A stretch of 34,158 nucleotides of DNA, taken from a virus. Taxonomy: Duplodnaviria; Heunggongvirae; Uroviricota; Caudoviricetes. A model generated the notes under the pieces. The model was not told the DNA's origin and searched no databases. It saw nothing but the letters and a program-made list of their open reading frames with translations. Numbering within the stretch: position 1 is the first letter of the stretch; each line of letters starts with the position of its first letter. Of this stretch, positions 18,585 to 26,344 are shown piece after piece. The position numbers were made by a program, and so were the translations under genes. The DNA lies in the IMG/VR virus record IMGVR_UViG_2667527591_000023, one strand, 5' to 3'.

Positions 18585-18940
18585 CGCTTTATAGCGGGAT
18601 GAACAATACCAGCGGTAAAGCCATTACTGATATTGACCATCTGCGCCAGTCGGTGCGGGACATTCTGCTGACGCCGCAGGGTAGCCGCATTGCTCGTCGG
18701 GAATATGGTTCCCTGCTGTCGGCACTGATAGATCAGCCACAAAATCCGGCGTTACGCCTGCAGGTTATGTCGGCTGTGTATGTGGCACTGAGTCGCTGGG
18801 AGCCACGGCTGACGCTGGATTCCATCACTATTAACAGCAATTTTGACGGTTCAATGGTGGTGGCGCTGAACGGGCGGCGTAATAACGGTGTGCCTGTTTC
18901 CCTTTCCGTATCAACAGGAGCAGAGAATGGCAGTGATTGA
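18581..18940 (+). CDS. W: Baseplate wedge protein (P2 gpW / gp25-like)
   Basis: Position and size; ATGA overlap with V. Confidence 0.88.
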   Translation: MTLYSGMNNTSGKAITDIDHLRQSVRDILLTPQGSRIARREYGSLLSALIDQPQNPALRLQVMSAVYVALSRWEPRLTLDSITINSNFDGSMVVALNGRRNNGVPVSLSVSTGAENGSD

Positions 18941-19835
18941 CCTTTCGCAGTTGCCTGCGCCGCAGATTGTGGATGTGCCGGACTTTGAGACGCTGCTTGC
19001 CGAACGCAAGGCAGAATTTGTGGCGCTTCATCCGAAAGATGAGCAGGAAGCAGTGATCCGCACGCTGGAACTGGAATCTGAACCCGTCACCAAATTGCTG
19101 CAGGAGAACGCTTACCGTGAGTTGCTTCTGCGCCAGCGCATTAACGAAGCCGCGCAGGCTGTGATGGTGGCTTACGCGATGGGCAGCGATCTTGACCAGC
19201 TCGCTGCCAACTACAACGTGAAACGCCTGACGGTGACGCCTGCTGATAATGACGCTGTGCCGCCCGTTGCAGCTGTGATGGAAAGCGATGAAGCGTTACG
19301 CCTGCGTGTGCCTGCAGCCTTTGAAGGGCTTTCAGTTGCGGGGCCAACTGCAGCTTATGAATTTCATGCCCGAAGCGCCGACGGTCGGGTGGCGGATGCC
19401 AGTGCAACCAGCCCGGCACCTGCAGAGGTGGTGCTGACTGTCCTTAGCCGCGAAGGCGATGGAACTGCAGAAAAAGACCTGCTGGACGTGGTGGAAAAAG
19501 CTCTGAACAGTGAGAACGTCCGCCCGGTGGCTGACCGTCTTACGGTTCGCAGCGCAGAAATCATCCCGTATCGCGTGGAAGCCACCATTTTTCTCTATCC
19601 GGGACCGGAAGCAGAGCCGGTAATGGCAGCGGCAAAAGCCAGCCTGCAGAAGTACATCGCCAGTCAGACACGTCTTGGTCGGGATATTCGCCGTAGCGCC
19701 ATCTTTGCCGCCCTGCATGTTGAGGGTGTGCAGCGTGTGGAGCTGGCTTCTCCTCTGGCGGATGTGGTCCTGAACAAAACACAGGCGGCATCATGTACGC
19801 AGTGGAGCGTAACCAACGGAGGAACGGATGAATAG
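18927..19835 (+). CDS. J: Baseplate assembly protein (P2 gpJ family); ATG 18927 with AGGAG RBS
   Basis: Position and size (302 aa). Confidence 0.88.
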   Translation: MAVIDLSQLPAPQIVDVPDFETLLAERKAEFVALHPKDEQEAVIRTLELESEPVTKLLQENAYRELLLRQRINEAAQAVMVAYAMGSDLDQLAANYNVKRLTVTPADNDAVPPVAAVMESDEALRLRVPAAFEGLSVAGPTAAYEFHARSADGRVADASATSPAPAEVVLTVLSREGDGTAEKDLLDVVEKALNSENVRPVADRLTVRSAEIIPYRVEATIFLYPGPEAEPVMAAAKASLQKYIASQTRLGRDIRRSAIFAALHVEGVQRVELASPLADVVLNKTQAASCTQWSVTNGGTDE

Positions 19836-20433
19836 TCTGCTGCCACCGGGTTCAACACTACTGGAGCGCCGACTGGCGCAAACCTGCAGCGGGATTTCTG
19901 ATCTGCAGGTGCCGCTGCGTGACTTGTGGAATCCGGCAACCTGTCCAGTCAGTTTCCTGCCTTATCTCGCCTGGGCGTTCTCTGTGGATCGCTGGGACGA
20001 GAGCTGGACAGAAAGCGTCAAGCGCCAGGTGGTGAAGGATGCTTTTTATATTCATCAGCATAAAGGGACCACCAGTGCCGTGCGGCGGGTGGTGGAGCCG
20101 TTCGGCTTTCTGATCCGCATTATTGAGTGGTGGCAGACCGGAGAGGCACCGGGCACGTTTCGTCTGGATATCGGTGTGCAGGACCAGGGCATCACTGAAG
20201 ATACCTATCTGGAACTTGAGCGACTGATAAGCGATGCCAAACCATGTAGCCGTCACATGATCGGCATGTCCATCAACCTGCAGACCAGCGGCCCGCATTG
20301 GGTGGGAGCCGCCAGCTATCTTGGCGAAGAAATCACGATCTATCCGTATATCAACGAAACAATTATTTCCGGCGGCACCGCGCATGAAGGCGGGGCGGTC
20401 CATGTTATTGACACAATGAGAGTGAATCCATGA
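19828..20433 (+). CDS. I: Baseplate/tail protein (P2 gpI family)
   Basis: Position and size; overlapping starts and stops. Confidence 0.88.
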   Translation: MNSLLPPGSTLLERRLAQTCSGISDLQVPLRDLWNPATCPVSFLPYLAWAFSVDRWDESWTESVKRQVVKDAFYIHQHKGTTSAVRRVVEPFGFLIRIIEWWQTGEAPGTFRLDIGVQDQGITEDTYLELERLISDAKPCSRHMIGMSINLQTSGPHWVGAASYLGEEITIYPYINETIISGGTAHEGGAVHVIDTMRVNP

Positions 20434-21851
20434 GCACAAAATTTTATACCCTGCTAACGGATATTGGCGCGGCGAAACTTGCCAGCGCCGCCGCGCTCGG
20501 TGTGCCTTTAAAAATTACCCATATGGCGGTCGGCGATGGTGGCGGAACATTGCCAACGCCGGACGCAAAGCAGACAGCATTAGTAAATGAGAAACGCCGG
20601 GCTGCGCTGAATATGCTCTATATCGACCCGCAGAACAGCAGCCAGATTATTGCTGAACAGGTGATCCCTGAAAACGAGGGCGGTTGGTGGATACGTGAAG
20701 TGGGCCTGTTTGATGAATCAGGGGCATTGATTGCCGTGGGAAACTGCCCGGAAAGCTATAAGCCGCAACTGGCTGAAGGTAGCGGGCGCACTCAGACCGT
20801 GCGCATGGTGCTGATTACCAGCAGCACGGACAATATCACCCTGAAAATCGACCCTGCTGTAGTGCTGTCAACCCGCAAGTATGTGGATGACAAGGCACTG
20901 GAGCTGAAGGTGTACGCGGATGATCAGATGGCAAAACATCTTGCCGCACCGGACCCGCATTCACAGTATGCACCCAAAGAAAGTCCGACGTTTACCGGGA
21001 CACCCAAAGCGCCAACGCCAGCAGCAGGGAATAACACCACGCAGATTGCGACCACCGCGTTTGTTCAGGCGGCTCTGACGGCTCTTATTAATGGTGCGCC
21101 AGCCACGCTGGACACGCTGAAAGAAATAGCCGCAGCCATTAACAATGATCCGAATTTCAGTACCACCATTAACAATGCGCTGGCACAAAAAGCGCCGCTG
21201 TCGAGTCCAGCACTCACCGGAACGCCAACAGCACCTACTGCGGCACAGTCGGTCAACAATACACAGATTGCCACTACAGCTTTTGTGAAATCAGCGATTG
21301 CAGCAATGGTGGGTTCTGCACCCGCGGCACTGGATACACTGAACGAACTGGCGGCGGCACTGGGGAATGATCCGAACTTTGCCACGACAATGCTTAATGC
21401 GCTGGCAGGTAAACAACCGCTGGACAATACGCTTACCAATTTGAGTGGAAAGGATGTAGCTGGTCTTCTCGCATACCTTGGTTTGGGAGAAGCAGCGAAA
21501 CGGGGGGTGGGAACAGGGGAAAATCAGATACCGGACATGGCTTCTTTTGCCAGTGGTGATGGATGGATGAAATTACCAAACGGTAAAATTCTGCAATATG
21601 GTCGAGGTGAGGCTATGCCGAAATTATCGACGCAAACAATGAGGATTACATTTCCTATCCCTTTCCCTAAAAAAGCGGACTGCGCCATGCTTACTCATTC
21701 TGGTGATGGAGGTGCGCCTTTAGGCGCTGGGCGAGGGTTCGTGATGACTGCAGAAGGCCCAACGTTAACCGGCTTTAATTCTGCTTACAGAACGTCATCA
21801 ACCAGCGACACGGTATCGATGAATTACAGTTGGTGGGCTGTTGGTGAGTAA
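20430..21851 (+). CDS. H: Tail fibre protein (P2 gpH family); C-terminal ~120 aa lie inside the invertible segment (current orientation)
   Basis: Conserved N-terminal tail-fibre domain, internal tandem repeats, recombination site inside the ORF. Confidence 0.9.
   Translation: MSTKFYTLLTDIGAAKLASAAALGVPLKITHMAVGDGGGTLPTPDAKQTALVNEKRRAALNMLYIDPQNSSQIIAEQVIPENEGGWWIREVGLFDESGALIAVGNCPESYKPQLAEGSGRTQTVRMVLITSSTDNITLKIDPAVVLSTRKYVDDKALELKVYADDQMAKHLAAPDPHSQYAPKESPTFTGTPKAPTPAAGNNTTQIATTAFVQAALTALINGAPATLDTLKEIAAAINNDPNFSTTINNALAQKAPLSSPALTGTPTAPTAAQSVNNTQIATTAFVKSAIAAMVGSAPAALDTLNELAAALGNDPNFATTMLNALAGKQPLDNTLTNLSGKDVAGLLAYLGLGEAAKRGVGTGENQIPDMASFASGDGWMKLPNGKILQYGRGEAMPKLSTQTMRITFPIPFPKKADCAMLTHSGDGGAPLGAGRGFVMTAEGPTLTGFNSAYRTSSTSDTVSMNYSWWAVGE
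20984..21422 (+). repeat. Tandem ~73-codon repeat (2 copies) within the tail-fibre gene
   Basis: Protein repeats ...NNTQIATTAFV...APA.LDTL.E.AAA..NDPNF.TT..NALA.K.PL twice in succession; DNA identity also visible. Confidence 0.8.
21465..21492. repeat. Left inversion crossover site (gix/hix-like, 13-2-13 imperfect palindrome) inside H
   Basis: CTTCTCGCATACC-TT-GGTTTGGGAGAAG; inner half-site is the inverted repeat of CTTCTCCCAAAC at 23365. Confidence 0.75.
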
Positions 21852-21871
21852 TTTTATTCAGGGTGATTTAT

Positions 21872-22315
21872 ATGAACGAATATGTTTATAGCGCAAGGCA
21901 TAATGCTTTTTTCCCTGTGGATATGATTGATAAATATAAATCAGAGGGATGGGATTTATCAGACGCTAAGGAAGTAAATCAAAATATTATCAGTGAGTTT
22001 ATGGATGAACCGCCACAAGGAAAAATCCGTATTGCCGGAGATGATGGGCTGCCTGCGTGGGCAGATATTCCTCCACCCACGCATGAAGAACTTATTGAAA
22101 TTACTGAATCAGAAAGACAGCTACTAATTCACCAGGCCAACGAATACATGAACAGTAAGCAATGGCCCGGTAAAGCCGCTATTGGTCGTCTGAAAGGCGA
22201 TGAGCTTGAACAGTATGGTTTGTGGCTTGATTATCTGGATGCTCTGGAAGTTTTAAACACCTCCAGCGCACCAGATATCGAGTGGCCTAACTCTCCGGAG
22301 GAACAGGCCAGATAA
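21872..22315 (+). CDS. G: Tail-fibre assembly chaperone (P2 gpG / Mu U family), cassette for the current orientation
   Basis: C-terminal motif SSAPDIEWPNSPE typical of Tfa proteins; follows H. Confidence 0.85.
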   Translation: MNEYVYSARHNAFFPVDMIDKYKSEGWDLSDAKEVNQNIISEFMDEPPQGKIRIAGDDGLPAWADIPPPTHEELIEITESERQLLIHQANEYMNSKQWPGKAAIGRLKGDELEQYGLWLDYLDALEVLNTSSAPDIEWPNSPEEQAR

Positions 22316-22886
22316 TAACAGGAGCCGTTGATATATCGACGGCTTGTAGTGCTTTGATGTAGCTCATCCAGGCGATCAGGCTAGCTTTATCTTCATCGCT
22401 GATAATGCCTAACTGTAGTTCTGTCTGCCAGAGACTGATCGTTGTCTGGGCCTCAAGCAGGAGCGCAGCTTTCTGTTGTTCCGCCGCTTCCACGTCCGCC
22501 GCGTTCTGCGCTTCCGTATCTGTCACCCACTCGCGACCGTTCCACGTATCGTAAGGCGTATCAGGTGCCAGCGTGGTGGTGCCTTCCGGGTATTCACCAG
22601 GCAAAGAAACGATCTCCGGCTCGCCTGTTTCAGTGCTGTACACCGTTTCACCACGGTGATCCGCGACGTATTCCCAGGCGGCAAAATCGGCTGTCCGGCA
22701 AATAGCAAAACCCTCTTTGCTCTCGCCGGGGGCGTCAATGCATGAGTTGGCTGGAATACCTACGCCCACGGCCAGATATTCAACAGATATAGAAAGGTAT
22801 TCTCGCGTCTCGTCATCATAGTTAAATACTGTAATATCGCCTGCCTCTGTGGCGATAAGTTCGTTGTTTAATTTTGCCTGTGCCAT
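22287..22886 (-). CDS. Alternative tail-fibre assembly chaperone (Tfa'), used after inversion
   Basis: C-terminal motif DISTAPVIIWPVPPES; convergent with and overlapping the plus-strand Tfa. Confidence 0.85.
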   Translation of the reverse strand: MAQAKLNNELIATEAGDITVFNYDDETREYLSISVEYLAVGVGIPANSCIDAPGESKEGFAICRTADFAAWEYVADHRGETVYSTETGEPEIVSLPGEYPEGTTTLAPDTPYDTWNGREWVTDTEAQNAADVEAAEQQKAALLLEAQTTISLWQTELQLGIISDEDKASLIAWMSYIKALQAVDISTAPVIIWPVPPES

Positions 22887-23419
22887 TATGCAGCCCTCAC
22901 AATGTAGTTAAATGCAACGTTTCGCGGCCTCGTTTCACTACCAAACATTTTTGAACCAAGTGTTGCCTTTGCGGTATATGTCTGCAATACCGTGCCAGTT
23001 GACGGGTTTGGGTTATATTCATTAGTTCCGTTCGGGTAATAAGCCATTGACGCATTGTTATCTATAAAAACAGCCGTCATTGGACCATCTCCGCCAGAAC
23101 TTGGTGAAGTTGGAATCCAGTGCCGGTGATCGAATGACATAGCACCCTGAGCAGAAAGCAAACCTCGCCCGCTATCAGCCCCGCGCCCGTCATCCCAGCC
23201 ACGAATAAATTCGCCTCTTAAATCAGGCAATCTGAGTGCAGGATAGGCCTGAGCCAATTTGGGGTACTGAGAAGCGGTAAACGCTGCTCCATTGCATTTT
23301 AGCCATCCAGTTGGTGGAGTTGCTGACGGCCACGGAACAGGCGCACCAACAGGTAATGCTGAACCTTCTCCCAAACTAACGTTTATGAAAATGCAGAGAT
23401 AACGGCTAACTGGCATCAT
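22886..23419 (-). CDS. Alternative tail-fibre C-terminal exon (H'), promoterless; fused to the H constant region only after inversion
   Basis: PWPS..PP.GWL.CNG..F....YP.L tail-fibre receptor-domain motif; right crossover site lies within its 5' end. Confidence 0.8.
   Translation of the reverse strand: MMPVSRYLCIFINVSLGEGSALPVGAPVPWPSATPPTGWLKCNGAAFTASQYPKLAQAYPALRLPDLRGEFIRGWDDGRGADSGRGLLSAQGAMSFDHRHWIPTSPSSGGDGPMTAVFIDNNASMAYYPNGTNEYNPNPSTGTVLQTYTAKATLGSKMFGSETRPRNVAFNYIVRAA
23365..23392. repeat. Right inversion crossover site (gix/hix-like)
   Basis: CTTCTCCCAAAC..., inverted relative to GGTTTGGGAGAAG at 21480..21492; just upstream of the invertase gene. Confidence 0.7.
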
Positions 23420-23446
23420 CTCCGGTTTTTATTCAGGGGGATGATC

Positions 23447-24013
23447 ATGCTTATTGGCTATGTACGCGTGTCAACAAATGACCAGAACACCGATTTGCAA
23501 CGCAATGCACTGAACTGTGCGGGATGTGAGCGGATTTTTGAGGATAAAATCAGTGGCACCAAGTCCGACAGACCGGGGCTGAAAAAGCTGCTCAGGACAC
23601 TATCGGCAGGAGACACGCTGGTTGTCTGGAAGCTGGACAGACTGGGGCGCAGTATGCGGCATCTTGTTACGCTGATAGAAGAGCTGCGCCAGCGTGGCGT
23701 GAATTTCCGAAGCCTGACTGACAGTATTGATACCAGCACCCCAATGGGCCGTTTCTTTTTTCATGTCATGGGTGCCCTGGCTGAAATGGAACGCGAACTG
23801 ATAGTTGAACGTACCAGGGCGGGGCTGGCTGCAGCTCGTGCTAAAGGCAGAGTAGGTGGACGCCGTCCTAAGTTGACCAGCGAACAGTGGGCACAGATTG
23901 GGCGTTTACTCGAGGCCGGAGAATCAAGACAGCGTATTGCACTGATTTTTGATGTAGGCGTTTCTACCATTTATCGAAAATTTCCGGCAAATAAGAACAA
24001 TAAATCTCCCTGA
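23447..24013 (+). CDS. Serine DNA invertase (Gin/Hin/Pin/Cin family), 188 aa
   Basis: N-terminal MLIGYVRVSTNDQ catalytic-serine motif, resolvase core, C-terminal HTH; alternative ATG at 23441. Confidence 0.93.
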   Translation: MLIGYVRVSTNDQNTDLQRNALNCAGCERIFEDKISGTKSDRPGLKKLLRTLSAGDTLVVWKLDRLGRSMRHLVTLIEELRQRGVNFRSLTDSIDTSTPMGRFFFHVMGALAEMERELIVERTRAGLAAARAKGRVGGRRPKLTSEQWAQIGRLLEAGESRQRIALIFDVGVSTIYRKFPANKNNKSP

Positions 24014-24061
24014 ATCAGCTTTATTTTGATTATCCCTGAAAGCAGACAAATACCGTCATTT

Positions 24062-24079
24062 TGTGTGAATAACGGTACA
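24062..24079 (+). promoter_or_regulatory. Ogr/Delta-type late promoter activator site TGT-N12-ACA (P_F)
   Basis: TGTgtgaataacggtACA about 85 bp upstream of FI. Confidence 0.6.
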
Positions 24080-24155
24080 ACTGCGCTTAGCTGTTTGTCA
24101 GGCACAATCACTTCAACATAGGGCGAAGCCTAATCCAATCAGGAGGTTCGCCACT

Positions 24156-25328
24156 ATGGCTCAGGATTACCACCACGGGGTGCGCGTTGTTGAAGTCAAC
24201 GAAGGCACCCGATCCATTACCACGGTGAGCACCGCCATCGTGGGTATGGTCTGCACGGGCGATGATGCCGATGCAAAAATGTTTCCTCTTAATAAACCCG
24301 TGCTGATCACTGATGTGCTGACTGCCAGCGGTAAAGCGGGTGAGTCAGGCACGCTGGCTCGTTCGCTGGATGCCATCGCTGACCAGGCAAAACCCGTGAC
24401 CGTTGTTGTGCGTGTGCCGCAGGGTGAAACGGAAGAAGAAACCACGACCAATATCATCGGAGCAGTGACCGCTGAAGGTAAAAAAACAGGCATGAAAGCC
24501 CTGTTATCTGCCCAGTCACAGCTCGGCGTTAAACCGCGCATTCTCGGCGTGCCAGGTCACGACACGAAGGCGGTAGCTACTGAGTTGCTGAGCGTGGCGC
24601 AAAGCCTGCGTGGATTTGCTTACCTGTCAGCGTATGGTTGCAAGACAGTGCAGGAAGCAATCACTTACCGTGAAAACTTCAGTCAGCGTGAAGGAATGCT
24701 GATCTGGCCCGACTTTACTGGCTGGGACACGGTGCTGAATGCCGAAGCAACGGCTTATGCCACCGCCCGTGCGCTTGGTCTGCGCGCCAAAATTGACGAG
24801 CAGACCGGATGGCACAAAAGCCTGTCCAACGTGGGCGTTAACGGTGTCACCGGAATTTCTGCTGATGTGTTCTGGGATCTGCAGGACCCGGCAACCGATG
24901 CGGGACTGCTGAACCAGAACGACGTCACCACCCTTATCCGCAAAGACGGTTTTCGCTTCTGGGGTTCCCGCTGCCTGAGTGATGACCCGCTCTTTGCCTT
25001 CGAAAACTACACCCGCACGGCGCAGGTGCTGACGGACACGATGGCAGAAGCGCACATGTGGGCGGTGGATAAACCGCTGAATCCGTCGCTGGCCCGCGAC
25101 ATTATCGAGGGTATCCGCGCCAAAATGCGCAGCCTGGTCAGTCAGGGCTATCTCATTGGTGGTGATTGCTGGCTGGATGAGTCGGTGAACGACAAAGACA
25201 CGCTGAAAGCCGGAAAACTCACCATCGACTACGACTACACGCCAGTGCCGCCACTTGAAAACCTGATGCTGCGTCAGCGCATCACCGATCAGTACCTGGT
25301 GAATTTCTCCAGCCAGGTCAGCGCGTAA
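24156..25328 (+). CDS. FI: Contractile tail sheath protein (P2 gpFI family)
   Basis: Position, size (390 aa), AGGAGG RBS. Confidence 0.92.
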   Translation: MAQDYHHGVRVVEVNEGTRSITTVSTAIVGMVCTGDDADAKMFPLNKPVLITDVLTASGKAGESGTLARSLDAIADQAKPVTVVVRVPQGETEEETTTNIIGAVTAEGKKTGMKALLSAQSQLGVKPRILGVPGHDTKAVATELLSVAQSLRGFAYLSAYGCKTVQEAITYRENFSQREGMLIWPDFTGWDTVLNAEATAYATARALGLRAKIDEQTGWHKSLSNVGVNGVTGISADVFWDLQDPATDAGLLNQNDVTTLIRKDGFRFWGSRCLSDDPLFAFENYTRTAQVLTDTMAEAHMWAVDKPLNPSLARDIIEGIRAKMRSLVSQGYLIGGDCWLDESVNDKDTLKAGKLTIDYDYTPVPPLENLMLRQRITDQYLVNFSSQVSA

Positions 25329-25337
25329 GGGGACAAC

Positions 25338-25853
25338 ATGGCTTTACCACGCAAATTAAAACACCTGAACCTGTTTAATGACGGGAACAACTGGCAGGGG
25401 ATCGTTGAGTCGCTGACGCTGCCGAAATTTACCCGCAAATATGAGAAGTATCGCGGCGGCGGAATGCCGGGTGCAGTGGATGTGGATCTGGGGCTGGATG
25501 ACGGCGCACTGGATACGGAATTTTCCATTGGTGGTACTGAACTGCTGCTGTTTAAGCAGATGGGCAAAGCCACGGTAGATGGTATCCAGTTGCGCTTTAC
25601 CGGCTCTATCCAGCGTGACGATACCGGGGAAGTGCAGGCCGTGGAGCTTGTGGTGCGTGGACGTCACAAAGAAGTGGATTCCGGCGAGTGGAAGACGGGC
25701 GAAAGCAACACCACCAAAGTGACCAGTACCAACAGCTACGCGAAGCTGACTATAAATGGTGAGGTGCTCTATGAAGTGGACCTTATCAACATGGTGGAAA
25801 TTGTGGACGGTGTGGACCTGATGGAAGCGCACCGCAACGCCCTCGGCCTCTGA
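25338..25853 (+). CDS. FII: Tail tube protein (P2 gpFII family)
   Basis: Position and size (171 aa). Confidence 0.9.
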   Translation: MALPRKLKHLNLFNDGNNWQGIVESLTLPKFTRKYEKYRGGGMPGAVDVDLGLDDGALDTEFSIGGTELLLFKQMGKATVDGIQLRFTGSIQRDDTGEVQAVELVVRGRHKEVDSGEWKTGESNTTKVTSTNSYAKLTINGEVLYEVDLINMVEIVDGVDLMEAHRNALGL

Positions 25854-25907
25854 TGTATCTGAACGGCGCGGGATACCGCGCCAGAACCCAATTTACAGGA
25901 CAGCAAA

Positions 25908-26210
25908 ATGAGCGATAAGCAGACTGAAAAGACTATTCAACTGGATACCCCCATCAAGCGCGGTAAAACAGAAATCACCGAAATTGTGCTGCGTAAACCG
26001 CAGTCCGGTGCGCTGCGCGGTACACGCCTGCAGGCCATTATGGATATGGATGTGAACGCGATGATGACCGTGATCCCCCGCATCTCCAGTCCGGCACTGA
26101 CTGCACAGGAAATTGCAGAGATGGACCCGGCAGATCTCACTGCCATGTCGGTTGAGGTTGTCACTTTTTTGTTGAAGAAGTCGGTGCTTGCCGGTTTACC
26201 GACAGCCTGA
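25908..26210 (+). CDS. E: Tail assembly chaperone gpE (zero-frame product)
   Basis: Position before tape measure; contains the slippery site. Confidence 0.85.
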   Translation: MSDKQTEKTIQLDTPIKRGKTEITEIVLRKPQSGALRGTRLQAIMDMDVNAMMTVIPRISSPALTAQEIAEMDPADLTAMSVEVVTFLLKKSVLAGLPTA

Positions 26211-26344
26211 CGGTTGACGATCTGGTGGCTGATATCGCCACCATCTTTCACTGGCCGCCATCCGTTACTGACGTTATGCCGCTGACCGAAGTGCTGGAAT
26301 GGCGGTATAAAGTGATTCAGAGAAGCGGGGCCAACGATGAGTGA
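25908..26344 (+). CDS. gpE+E' tail assembly chaperone, programmed -1 frameshift product (~143 aa)
   Basis: Slippery heptamer TTTTTTG at 26165..26171; -1 frame stays open to TGA at 26342..26344, overlapping the T start. Confidence 0.75.
26165..26171 (+). promoter_or_regulatory. Programmed -1 ribosomal frameshift slippery site (T TTT TTG)
   Basis: Heptamer located near the end of the gene preceding the tape measure, the conserved chaperone arrangement. Confidence 0.7.
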
